64,000 nt of DNA, taken from positions 1 through 64,000 of the IMG/VR virus record IMGVR_UViG_3300032286_000547; one strand, written 5' to 3'. This document shows, piece after piece, positions 42,001 through 48,391 of this stretch (position 1 is the first letter of the stretch; every line of letters starts with the position of its first letter). Origin of the DNA: a virus. Made by a program: the position numbers and the translations under genes. The notes under the pieces are model-generated. The model saw nothing but the letters and a program-made list of their open reading frames with translations, was not told where the DNA came from and did no database searches.

Positions 42001-42894
42001 AGAAATAACTGGAGTAATGATGATGTGGTTCCTTATAAGAGAGCAGTGTGGATTGAATCAAAAGCTACAGGTAGAAGATCTTACAATCCATCAATGGCAT
42101 TCTTATCAGCTCCTGTAAAAGAAGCAGTTGCTGAAAATGTGATGCCACCTGTAATGACGCAATCTATAAATAGTAGAGAAGCTGTTTCTGATTTCATTGT
42201 TTACACATGGGAGAAGAGAGAAGATCTATTAACTGAAGAAGAAATGCAGGCATATAAAGATTCTGTTGCTCAAGCTGGACTAGAAGGCAAACGTGCACCT
42301 AAGTTATCAGATGTAATCAATGCTAAGAAAACAGAAATGCGTAAAGCTGGAAATTATTCTTTTATTAATAAAGGATTGTTCCAAAAAGTGAAAGATAAAT
42401 ATGGTGTACCATTAGTTACAACACAAAAGAGTGGAGACTACTTTGTTTACAAAGCTGTAAATGCTTGGGGTGATTCATATAGAGCTAATGAGTTCTATGA
42501 TGTTGATAAGAAATCTGTATTTGATAATGGGTTCATGCAAGTGGAAGATGTAGACAATGATGTAATCATCACTAAGTTCTTGGAGAAACCAGCTAGAAAC
42601 ACTGTTGAGAAAAAAGCAAGCGTTATTGAAGTGTATGATAGGATTGATGATGACGCATATTCATTATCATTACAATATGGTACTGGAAAATATGATATGG
42701 TGTTGAGTAGAGATGGTGAAGTTGTAAATCCAACATTTTATAACCCAAGTACTTTAAAAGATGTTGACGTAGATCCTAGTTTCTTTAAATTTTCAAAAGA
42801 AGATTTAGAAACTATATTCAAACAGTTAGACCAATCTGAAGATGAGTCTTGGAAAGAAGAAGACAATAATGATACATGTACACCTTTTTTATAA
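30073..42894 (+). CDS. Virion-packaged RNA polymerase (crAss-type, single polypeptide) with N-terminal hydrophobic helices and a degenerate zincin-like domain
   Basis: Catalytic GSDFDIDK (DFDID at 39988-40002), RIPTQKQNS, ETDGSG, KRIK and GKYAIGIAA; HEVFE...EQLAEEF at ~35890-36065. Confidence 0.92.
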   Translation: MLPPSKENYINRKGVAVGLPTTPIVADVDFQRNQTEPGQNISAIDMWKNALAQPKDLGVADIPLSSFYIGNRYKQTLPGTDYEEMAASGQTAGEKWANGSLKLLGTATTSFISGTVGLVNGIGASIAEQRLASLIDNTTTRKMDEVMRGLEDYAPNYYSHQEQDANWYSPKNILTANFWSDKVLKNLGYSVGAIGGGVAWSSLFRSIGLTNKLVQAGRGLEAATAIEGSMSAVPNMQKLNAFESALNSMAQKYIKSPVSAVLKDSDRILTSTMGTFGEASMEGLQGMNEYRRNAIEEYKKIYGVEPTGEALDRINESADQVGMYIWGGNSLLLTGTNYVQLPKILGSSRKADKALINEITKDAETGLYKQVVPKTTFGRITQKAKGISQVLFSPSEAFEEGMQFSIQTGVTNYFQRARENKQDTREFLSTLSGAMGNVFGEGIHNTLTTKEGMESILIGGISGGIQQGGIIGTYRNKDGDTRVGIGKSGVIAEQGLFGTGGERQANTKQAIDALNKTSLQKQLKDSVGYLAIGIGSQKLRQEAIANNDVLSEKDYEADFTLSYLMPRIKYGKIDAVKEELDLYRSQAMDPEGFRELVRGGIANANETREQFLQKLNNLQELSDSVSSIYGKLNDKYENAVDENGQIKYTDDTIDKLVYAASKIRNYDSRMPELANSLIESNVDAQGFLNAILEKEGSSVDDIKSTLAYIDQLDVTDDVKSDLKNSLYDLAELSLRRKEMIDQYNDILNKPQNYKEAEEVDDIVDEEFPMSETEEQVEEEDVIPEDAQVVKVKTKDGERSLEVGVDYFVGKGVDYEKEGLNSPVPISKLTIVGENADGTIKIRTDKGELRDISKKVLENYKLGKVTSLKANKTANFFYNHRNDLYEYNFGKNFGGVKQGRLELQEGKLYFVYLNEEGKVDKKQLFNSHFVAQEGYEKARVTKVGNVTSETAEQKVSREDFTSPEELAKQKQTLAKNREARLEVLSQLEVETNQRLEEINKKLLSKTDELTKIQEDLDAIAKLKEDGVKGQKVKGNFSKVLSTSVRTLNRYANMKKNVDLEIAKLKAEQEELEMNISYFQDFANNLDDLPENTGEFLKELRDQIGWLTDLGKQTAESLSALEKLSKQITDAIKDVARLLKSSLNTFDSEYSDYISEALDNMIDSEDPTVGLAIVKEYLADYALTNDLVKEISINATKLEDVSEQAKEIQAKLNELRNEYKAKKLIVDRFQKIFDEYKKQKAEEDKLYSSDAIVNKALSTEDKGMPSREYNKEFEADAKKSNEIVPRATIPVEEGEPHQIRANTFGANMNSFPNRNDIRGVYITSKNQNQLLPGVIERMLGNDATLINKYKNSMIVLVMVNTNGQLVGVDGQPIAPGTELLDAAIYQAFPENKMRDGSLFRATTPQDVRDAIIVQYDKWRDEVLKQTTVGAKHEIEASFGIVENVKDASGKIVYSTRTSVASAGLITPSQLERSQLIFIPKTNTRVSKGTVSYDSALGAVFLETPNGYTKLQNRQHTEAEANAIFDAMLLFAKNMINPEEGTDSDSSKRALRFLQGTTYWGIPRNQDGTRKEKDGYSSLFFEKSAETGRLTIMIGGKDVGILFTPSAMKLNKERLVAEIGKIYTNTNSAFAQDLNEKFEQIISISPEGEINSQVWDNYQSYLLSDVKPDGSTRNDYELPLSTTARPLIAEGDVNRKGIYFFTTDTADNFVVPEPKKNVAKVLTPGAPIAKPSASDDFAMEFTYGEETSIYKLDGTTTNTYTSPEGKKILFRAPATTTLDNYAESITIMQGGDLAEIVKKIEDAGKDPKDIIKKTVYNAIAQDLTKVAAEQEMEFEFTMPEDVIEQAQEEAGKPLDQDVIDAINSMIDDGNDEAHRVAVESEVNMFEPENWNDVETWLKANFPNLPVYRVKNIIQATNGRQAWGMLKDGAIYLYENAEVGTAYHEVFEAVWKMFTDVTEQEAIRKEFTSRKGTFVDRPTGKTIKYSEATPEQAKEQLAEEFREYIMTGKVPVKPSAGRPFIVKLFADIASFFKQFFFGKTAVNNTEELFKRIGNGYYKKNMPYATQLSMAKEGIIDIEDAFADSESEFRLTTISDKEGADIIQHMTYLTLTNLIGTDRSLFTRDSIPSSELYSGLKAQILQTINQKNIAANKLLENEEYLKDNREEKTRLLKQAIVKNTVFMQNVSSEWPVIVERHKEYLRGYQIEFDENDNVAINDIEKSKDEGFGDASKIDSFKKANPAIKLLLSTIPVVNPNNPSKLQPSSIGGAILIPTSKTYISLMSNLHDASSIEDMLEKLRLMAENDPNYRTLYKRITKRSFDEEGVELDRVDTTHGLQLISALWRTFKKQNPEVKNVFILENGDVVVGDASLSNAANQLRSEYINNIVTYAKGNKGFFTYDDKKKVFVGNQSKIKEVKLDSVTAMVDFLKQLGIPFTASEVIKLKGEQLTMFKDAVSGIKTSISQNKEIATFSGKVLDISNRLLELGLVKATISNPEFNSTYFNVSGERTQSFIGTNAASDLYTFLSKINNISEIAGTKYSYLLTDSFAQNSNLMQRMFAADGTRKAKTSDLFKIGYVSGTINESNGKQKPSSKLTFPERLTQELNLNLSGRYLNLIPGDASLEWMINMGNPVSSASISRGMGEINEIFKGYFLSELALSRETDRPVAKDRNRKDLRFFKSILGEELHKEIISSKEDVEAVYALNENKINAALLKYINSETSKYGSYLKRFGILQEGMTGFTLKNVNLPKNMSSAELNRQLSLLTVNFMINNIEMHKLLYADPYQYDDELKRIKSFNSPRQSIISNSPKMNTAFSDVWNRGYEKGDIAYTEFTQDYFRTATHEDVIGISDLPGYGAYKETDGSGIIEMKSNRQFRIRAGEWNENEERQFKYDIAWEKRDKGLSLSTYEEFLLDQGNPQVNSAYTPLKPIVSGAKLGSDGQPKNINDVVLDKYALYPLSYRIMKELNPDSNAVKLYNKMQAENIDYIVFKSARKVGAEAQHSTYDKQTGEFNNAPYEGIINVPFSIMSVQSEVPSKAEALVTRGSQVTKLLTLDYLAAGVPIDFFPGKDFDQRYKAWNKLSPTQQIEKSPIFKDIKDNQVLLNEIMEEGFNTLLNTLGIVYADGEFKVKSFEKAVKTLRNEVLKREVNDNISDALTGFLEGKSVLEATPAGQQIKNILYSIADREVISPKISGGMKVQIPSTLLESVRAKESEINGKTGFTSDTLKFYEDKDGGRVCEIMVGRWFKSDMSDADLLDYLNNTPEGQSILSGLAFRIPTQKQNSIDSFVIKQFLPKEFGDSVVVPAALVEKVGSDFDIDKLSIYFKNVYENKKGEIKLVPFLGYGEKAKAKFAEMFDQGEFINKDEMAKVEAFIKDNQQPLTEELSDKLIVSIFGEAFDTDQALLEDYLANTTKEEFKSRIVNKLYKQSLENAYIQSSQNLVSHPSNFSKLIKPNSADQLKKLGNFIAEKTVGQSFDYTNVGNMLDRRFMARLRHAFVTGKYAIGIAAVNQTNHSLNQRQATYIDDTRLNKLSKEDQFWIGDAKVKFEKFNQMTIEGKGLVPSLSMITNADGQDISDILGQFIDGYVDISAGPWIMELGATPNVASTFMFLVKIGVPIDTVAYFMNQPIIYDYLNNIENAGYSWLFIEDFVKEIKNSEKYAIAKDASVVPVDTIPGKSVLKDNVGKDKFNTQERAQQQFMLDEFLKYAKMGEQLFLVTQGSNYDTATLNDPLLIWKKDQQLAKAQNTVISSVDDILDNSHIGSIRTKAGEIRQALAEILKSDKSRVRSVIQKVMTPYINMNDRDFVKTAQKVQNDLFDWAVQNDQKFNDELRTVLIEDGGYAKDILDFVNRVKNSVKGDPEFPLKDNHVINIIESDPSKKASANTPNNIKVKGLDNKVYDQNNIIYAFREIREHLNSQNKITGENNQLYNNLVTLAVLQSGLSNSPISFTSVIPYEDFEKIYNKTLSKLESIPNLDDFYNIGVFQRNNWSNDDVVPYKRAVWIESKATGRRSYNPSMAFLSAPVKEAVAENVMPPVMTQSINSREAVSDFIVYTWEKREDLLTEEEMQAYKDSVAQAGLEGKRAPKLSDVINAKKTEMRKAGNYSFINKGLFQKVKDKYGVPLVTTQKSGDYFVYKAVNAWGDSYRANEFYDVDKKSVFDNGFMQVEDVDNDVIITKFLEKPARNTVEKKASVIEVYDRIDDDAYSLSLQYGTGKYDMVLSRDGEVVNPTFYNPSTLKDVDVDPSFFKFSKEDLETIFKQLDQSEDESWKEEDNNDTCTPFL

Positions 42895-42904
42895 AAAATA
42901 AACC

Positions 42905-45900
42905 ATGAGTTGTAACGATAAGAAAAAATTTAGAACATCAGAAGCATCAACAAAGGCATCCTTAAGAACTAAGGGTGCCATTGATGCGTTTTTAAATATC
43001 CTTGATTATAACAAGTTCAACAACTTGAATAATGAATGGACAAGAATTGCTAAAGAACGTTTTGGTATTAGTGGTAGATTGTTTTCAGAAGAGAATAATA
43101 AAGCTATTCCAAACAAAGAAGCATTCAGAAAAATAGATAATGCTAAAGGTATCTTTTATCAAGAAGGTGAAACTGCAATGTCTAAAGCTTCTCCTGAGAC
43201 ATTAGAGAAGGTTAAAGATATTATCAAAGCTATGGGAGTAGAGATTCAAGATCTTGCTACATACATGAAAGAAACAGGATTAGTTAATCCTAATGTAAAT
43301 GGTGCTGCAGATCTTGTAAGAGGTATCATTGCTATTGCTGAAGGTAAAGAAGATGTTGCTCTTACAGAAGAGATGGTCCACATTGCTACAGCTATTATAA
43401 ATCTAAAAAATCCACAGATGGTCACAGAGATGATCTCTAAGATAGATAGATTTGAAATATACAAAACTACATTAAACGAATATAAGAATGATCCTGCGTA
43501 TCAACTTCCTAATGGTAAACCAGACATCAGAAAGATAAAGAAAGAAGCTGTAGATAAACTTATAGCTGAATTGATTATCAATGAATCTGAGGGCTCTACA
43601 GAGTTCCCTGAGTTAATGAATGAAACCAATCGATCTATAATTAGAAGATGGTGGGATGCTATTGTTGATTTCTTTAGAGGTCAATACAGAAAATCTAATA
43701 TTAATATATTTGGAGAAACCGCTAGACTTATTTTAAATAATGGTGTAGAAGGTAATGTACTTGATTTAGATTCAAAAGAAATCTATTATCAACTTACAGA
43801 TGCTCAGAAAAATATACAAGATAAACTACAAGCAACTAAAGATAGACTTGAAAAGGTTGAATCTAATGAGGTTTCAGATCCATTATTACTTGATGAAGAA
43901 ACAGCAAATAACTTTTATGAATTAGTAAATCCAGATGGTACTAGAACTAGAGTTCTTAAAAGAGTTACTGATAGAGTGAAAGCTTGGTACAAACAAAGAT
44001 TTGGAAACAAAGTATTTACAGAAGAAGAGAAAGCTTTCAATGAATTAAAAAGAGACCTTGGTATAAAAGGTCATGGATATTTTGAAGAGATTCACGATAG
44101 ATATTTTAATTCTGATGGTACAAGAAAAGAAATCATAGAAGATCGTCCATACATAAATAATGTTGCTGACAAAGATGTGTATGATAAGATTGAAAAGTAT
44201 TATACAGATCTTATTGCTAGTTTCTCTGAGAATGGAAAGAATCCATTAGTGTTCTCTGAGGTGAAGATATATGATGTTAAAGAAAAAGAAGCTGGTACCA
44301 TTGACCTTTTAATTGTAGAAGAGAATGGTAAAGCTAACATCTTTGACTGGAAGTTCATGAGTGTTGCCCCTGGTGCAAAAGATGTTGCTTGGTACAAACA
44401 AGGAGCATACAATGTTCAGCTTGGTAGATACAAAGAAATCCTACGTGATAACTATGGAGTGAAAGAGTTTGGAATGAACAGAGCTATTCCAATCATTATG
44501 GACATCAAGAGAGAAGATCCTAAAAATCCATCATCTCCTGCTGTACTTAAAGGAATAGCAATTGGTTCTGTGAACACTGCAGACATTGAAGACGTAAGAC
44601 TTATTCCTGTATCAGAAGAAAGTGAATCAACTGGTTTTGAATCACTTGATGAATTGATTCGTAAGTTAAATGCTGTGTATAGACAAATCAGTAAGAAAGA
44701 TGTTAGTGATGAAGAAGAGCGTGAGTTCAAAAGAGAACGTATGAACATTCTTAAGACAGCTATACGTACAGCACAGAGTTCATTAAACATTGCTCCTCTT
44801 GTAGATGTAATCAAGATTATGAGAAAAGAAGGTCAAGAGATTCTTGATGATTATAAAACTACATATGAAGGAAGACCTGCTACATCAGAAGACTTCAATG
44901 ACTCACAGTTATCAGACTTTGCTGAGAACATGAGAGAATATATGGCCACTGCTGATGTGTTTGGTAGAATAGATGATCTTATTGGAGATCTTATCTACAC
45001 TGCAGAGATGGAGAAGAACGCTACAACACCTGAGCAGAAAGAAGAGATAGCTATGAGAAAAGATCTTCTTTTCAACATTACACAAGAAGCTAAACTAATT
45101 AGAGCATCTGAAAGAGAAATAACAAGAATCTCTGGTGAGTTTGCTGATAAGTTTATTGGACAAAGAAACTTAGTTGTAGGACTTACTAAAGCAGAAGCTA
45201 TAGTAAAAGGATTGTCTTCTACCTTTAGAGGTATATCAGATCTTCCATTAGCATCGTTACAGATTTTATACAAACTTGTAACCAATGCAAAAGGAATGGC
45301 ATCACAGAAAGCTCTTGGTGAAGTGAATGAACTTATGGCAATAAGAAAAAGACTTGTTGACAGAGGTGGTGATATTAGAAAACTTGTTCAAGAGATATAC
45401 CAGAAAGATGATAAGGGTAAGTTAGTTAATAAACTCATCTATAGATTTGATAGAAAGTTCTATGATACTGTAGATAGCAATGCTCTTGAAGGAAACAAAG
45501 AATGGTTATTAGATAACATTGATGTTGAAGCTTACAAAAAAGAAGCTTTAAAGATCATGAATGAAAGAATAAACAAGATTAAAAAGATATACAGTGAAGA
45601 TGAAGATCTTAGAGAGAAGCTTATCTATGAGGAAGAAAGAAAATGGGACATAGATAGAGATGACTTCAATGGATTTGATAACTATGTTATTAAAAGACAT
45701 CCTCTTGCAAAATGGGAATCTAAAGAATATAAGAATATTCAGAAAGATGCAGACCTGTTAGATCTATACAACTTTATTACAAAAATAAATACTAAAGCTA
45801 AAGATGCTGGATACATAAGTAATAAACTATCTTCTACATTCCTACCGTTTGTACGTAAAGGAATGGCAGAAAGTTTTGCTTGGGACTTCAGTCTTTCTGC

Positions 45901-47914
45901 AGTTAAAAACTTTGGAACTAATCTATCTATCAATGCTGATGATGTGGGTTATGGAGCAGTTAATGAACTTACAGGAGAGCTAGAGAATAGCATTCCTAAA
46001 TACTACACATATGATTTTACAAGAGGAGAAGATGGTGTGAATGATTATAGTGATGTGAGTGAGGACATATTCAAGAATATGATTTTGTATATCAACCACA
46101 TGGAGAAATATACATACCTATCAGATGTAGAAGGACAGCTTCAGTTGGTTAAAACAATTGAGACATTCAAAGATCACTTAAACACTAGTAGAACTGGTGA
46201 TGTAGTGATTAAAGATGGTAAGCCTGAAGAACTTAAAGGTAATGAAGAGAACACTAAGATATTTAATGATTTCTTACGTGCCCTACTTTACGAACAAAAA
46301 TATCCTCTATCTGATTCTGATATTCCATTAGGCCTTGGTAAAGTTTCTAACTTCATGAAAGAAGCAATTAATAAAGTGGCTGGTAGAGAAGTGTTTACAA
46401 TAGATGACACTCCTAGTGCTACATCATTAGTTAAGACAATGGATGCTGCTAATAGAGCATTCCAATTAAAGACACTTGGATTTGAATTCATATCAGGAGC
46501 TGTCAACTTATTTGGTGCTAATATCCAGGTGGCAACACAAGCTGGTAACTATTTCAAAGCTAGAGAGTTTGCTGCTAATGAAGGAAAACTTATAGGTAAT
46601 AGATTCAAAAATGATGAGGAGAGAGAAATGTTCATTCAAATGATTAATAAATTCATGCCTCTTAAAGATGATCCTACATATGATAAGCTGAGACAAGCAG
46701 GGTTAACTGCTTTAACTAGACAAAACTTTTCTGATATGCTTATGGTCTTTATGAGAGAACCTGAGCAACACGTAGAGAAATCTATATTCTTAACTCTTCT
46801 TCAAAACATGATGGTTGAAGATGGTAAGATAGTTAGTATTAGAGAGTTTGTAAAAAACAAATACAAAGGTAGATTTGAGAATGCACAGACATATAGAGAT
46901 ACAAAAAAACAAATCGATGCTGAGATAGAAGAGCTTAAGAAAACAAGATCTATAGATGCTATCAAAACATTAGAAGATGGTAAACTTGTTATTCCTGGTC
47001 TTGATCTTAACAATGCTACTGAGTTACAACGTCTTACAAACTTAACTAGACGTATATCTAGAAATGCTACAGGTGGTCTTTCTGATTCTGATATGAATAG
47101 AATGGGAATGAACATCTGGACCAAGAGTATGATGGTGTTCAAAAACTGGATACCTAAACTTGTTGATACACGTTTCTCTGAATTAAGAAGAGTGTCTGAT
47201 GACTTCTCTGTAACAATTGATGAGGATGGTATATCTGAAGGAGATAAATACGATATTGGTAGAGTGAGACTGTGGGCTTATGTAATGGGAACTTCTATTA
47301 GAGATAGAAGCTCTAACATCTACAACATCCTATCTATGAATGATAAAGGTCTTGCTGTATTAGATAAAATGTATGAAGAGTTTTCAGAGAAATATGAAAA
47401 GAGAACAGGTAAACCTTTCAACATGACTAAAGAAGATTTCATTGATATGATTAAAAATAATCTACGTAATGAAGCAAAAGAACTTGCAATACTTCTTTCT
47501 TTATTTGGAATGATGTTCTCATTAGGATTTGTTGCTCCAGACGATGATGATGATAAAGCAACTAAGAACTTCTATAGATATACTCAAAGAGTGATAGATA
47601 AATTCATTGGTGAGCTTTCGTTCTTCTATAATCCTGTAGAGTTTCAAAAGATATTAAGTGGTGGAATGTTCCCTGCTATTGGAATCTTCTCAGACATTGA
47701 AAGATTTGTAAGTCATACAACAATGGAAGTTACAGGATATGATATAAAAAATCCAGAACTTACAACAGATGAGGTTAGAAAGAAAGCACAACCAGTTAAG
47801 AATGCTGCTAAGATGTTTCCTTTTACTAAATCATTAATGACTTATGGAGCAATATTTGATGCTGAATTTGCTAAGGAATATGATATAACAATCCAAAAAG
47901 AAAGTAGAAGATAA
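42905..47914 (+). CDS. Large virion cargo protein with PD-(D/E)xK nuclease-like domain
   Basis: G..GH, SEVKIYD...AGTIDLL...IFDWKF...QLGRY at ~44050-44430; EEMVH degenerate zincin-like motif; C-terminal hydrophobic helix. Confidence 0.7.
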   Translation: MSCNDKKKFRTSEASTKASLRTKGAIDAFLNILDYNKFNNLNNEWTRIAKERFGISGRLFSEENNKAIPNKEAFRKIDNAKGIFYQEGETAMSKASPETLEKVKDIIKAMGVEIQDLATYMKETGLVNPNVNGAADLVRGIIAIAEGKEDVALTEEMVHIATAIINLKNPQMVTEMISKIDRFEIYKTTLNEYKNDPAYQLPNGKPDIRKIKKEAVDKLIAELIINESEGSTEFPELMNETNRSIIRRWWDAIVDFFRGQYRKSNINIFGETARLILNNGVEGNVLDLDSKEIYYQLTDAQKNIQDKLQATKDRLEKVESNEVSDPLLLDEETANNFYELVNPDGTRTRVLKRVTDRVKAWYKQRFGNKVFTEEEKAFNELKRDLGIKGHGYFEEIHDRYFNSDGTRKEIIEDRPYINNVADKDVYDKIEKYYTDLIASFSENGKNPLVFSEVKIYDVKEKEAGTIDLLIVEENGKANIFDWKFMSVAPGAKDVAWYKQGAYNVQLGRYKEILRDNYGVKEFGMNRAIPIIMDIKREDPKNPSSPAVLKGIAIGSVNTADIEDVRLIPVSEESESTGFESLDELIRKLNAVYRQISKKDVSDEEEREFKRERMNILKTAIRTAQSSLNIAPLVDVIKIMRKEGQEILDDYKTTYEGRPATSEDFNDSQLSDFAENMREYMATADVFGRIDDLIGDLIYTAEMEKNATTPEQKEEIAMRKDLLFNITQEAKLIRASEREITRISGEFADKFIGQRNLVVGLTKAEAIVKGLSSTFRGISDLPLASLQILYKLVTNAKGMASQKALGEVNELMAIRKRLVDRGGDIRKLVQEIYQKDDKGKLVNKLIYRFDRKFYDTVDSNALEGNKEWLLDNIDVEAYKKEALKIMNERINKIKKIYSEDEDLREKLIYEEERKWDIDRDDFNGFDNYVIKRHPLAKWESKEYKNIQKDADLLDLYNFITKINTKAKDAGYISNKLSSTFLPFVRKGMAESFAWDFSLSAVKNFGTNLSINADDVGYGAVNELTGELENSIPKYYTYDFTRGEDGVNDYSDVSEDIFKNMILYINHMEKYTYLSDVEGQLQLVKTIETFKDHLNTSRTGDVVIKDGKPEELKGNEENTKIFNDFLRALLYEQKYPLSDSDIPLGLGKVSNFMKEAINKVAGREVFTIDDTPSATSLVKTMDAANRAFQLKTLGFEFISGAVNLFGANIQVATQAGNYFKAREFAANEGKLIGNRFKNDEEREMFIQMINKFMPLKDDPTYDKLRQAGLTALTRQNFSDMLMVFMREPEQHVEKSIFLTLLQNMMVEDGKIVSIREFVKNKYKGRFENAQTYRDTKKQIDAEIEELKKTRSIDAIKTLEDGKLVIPGLDLNNATELQRLTNLTRRISRNATGGLSDSDMNRMGMNIWTKSMMVFKNWIPKLVDTRFSELRRVSDDFSVTIDEDGISEGDKYDIGRVRLWAYVMGTSIRDRSSNIYNILSMNDKGLAVLDKMYEEFSEKYEKRTGKPFNMTKEDFIDMIKNNLRNEAKELAILLSLFGMMFSLGFVAPDDDDDKATKNFYRYTQRVIDKFIGELSFFYNPVEFQKILSGGMFPAIGIFSDIERFVSHTTMEVTGYDIKNPELTTDEVRKKAQPVKNAAKMFPFTKSLMTYGAIFDAEFAKEYDITIQKESRR

Positions 47915-47918
47915 CAAC

Positions 47919-47981
47919 GCTATATTATATCAGATATTTGATATAAACGCTTTTATAATACATAATTAATATATAAATTTG
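47919..47981 (+). promoter_or_regulatory. GCTATATTAT box plus -7 element TAAATTTG
   Basis: GCTATATTAT 47919-47928; TAAATTTG 47974-47981, ending 5 nt before the ATG at 47987. Confidence 0.55.
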
Positions 47982-47986
47982 CCTAC

Positions 47987-48376
47987 ATGAGAACAGCTGC
48001 AATTTGCCCAACGTGTGCCACATATGAAAATGCTTTATGCGTTATATACAATGGCCCTAGTCTTAATAACATAGATGTTGCTCCTTTAGAGGATCTTCAA
48101 ACAGTGTTAGGTAAGATAAATACTAATTTAGTACCATTATCTGGTACAACACCACCTCTTACATCTGCTACATACTTAGGACAGCTTTATGTAAATACAG
48201 CTACATCCATTTTGTATTTTGCTAAGTCAGTAGGTACAGGAGCTGCTGATTGGAATCTTGTATTAACAAGTCCACAAGTAGTTCCTCAATATGCTAATAA
48301 TGCAGCAGCATTGTTTGCAGGTTTACCTCCAGGTAAAATATATCGTACAGGAGATATTCTAAAAATTGTTCACTAA
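47987..48376 (+). CDS. Small fibre-associated protein
   Basis: CVIYNGPSL module; GQLYVNT..LY and YANNAAA..AGL..G.IYRTG motifs typical of phage fibre segments. Confidence 0.55.
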   Translation: MRTAAICPTCATYENALCVIYNGPSLNNIDVAPLEDLQTVLGKINTNLVPLSGTTPPLTSATYLGQLYVNTATSILYFAKSVGTGAADWNLVLTSPQVVPQYANNAAALFAGLPPGKIYRTGDILKIVH

Positions 48377-48391
48377 TTAATACAAACCCTC

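Noticed and set aside
33045-47142. Many 60-140-aa antisense ORFs within the RNAP and cargo genes
   Set aside because: Expected by-product of codon bias in very long sense ORFs; no recognisable motifs.
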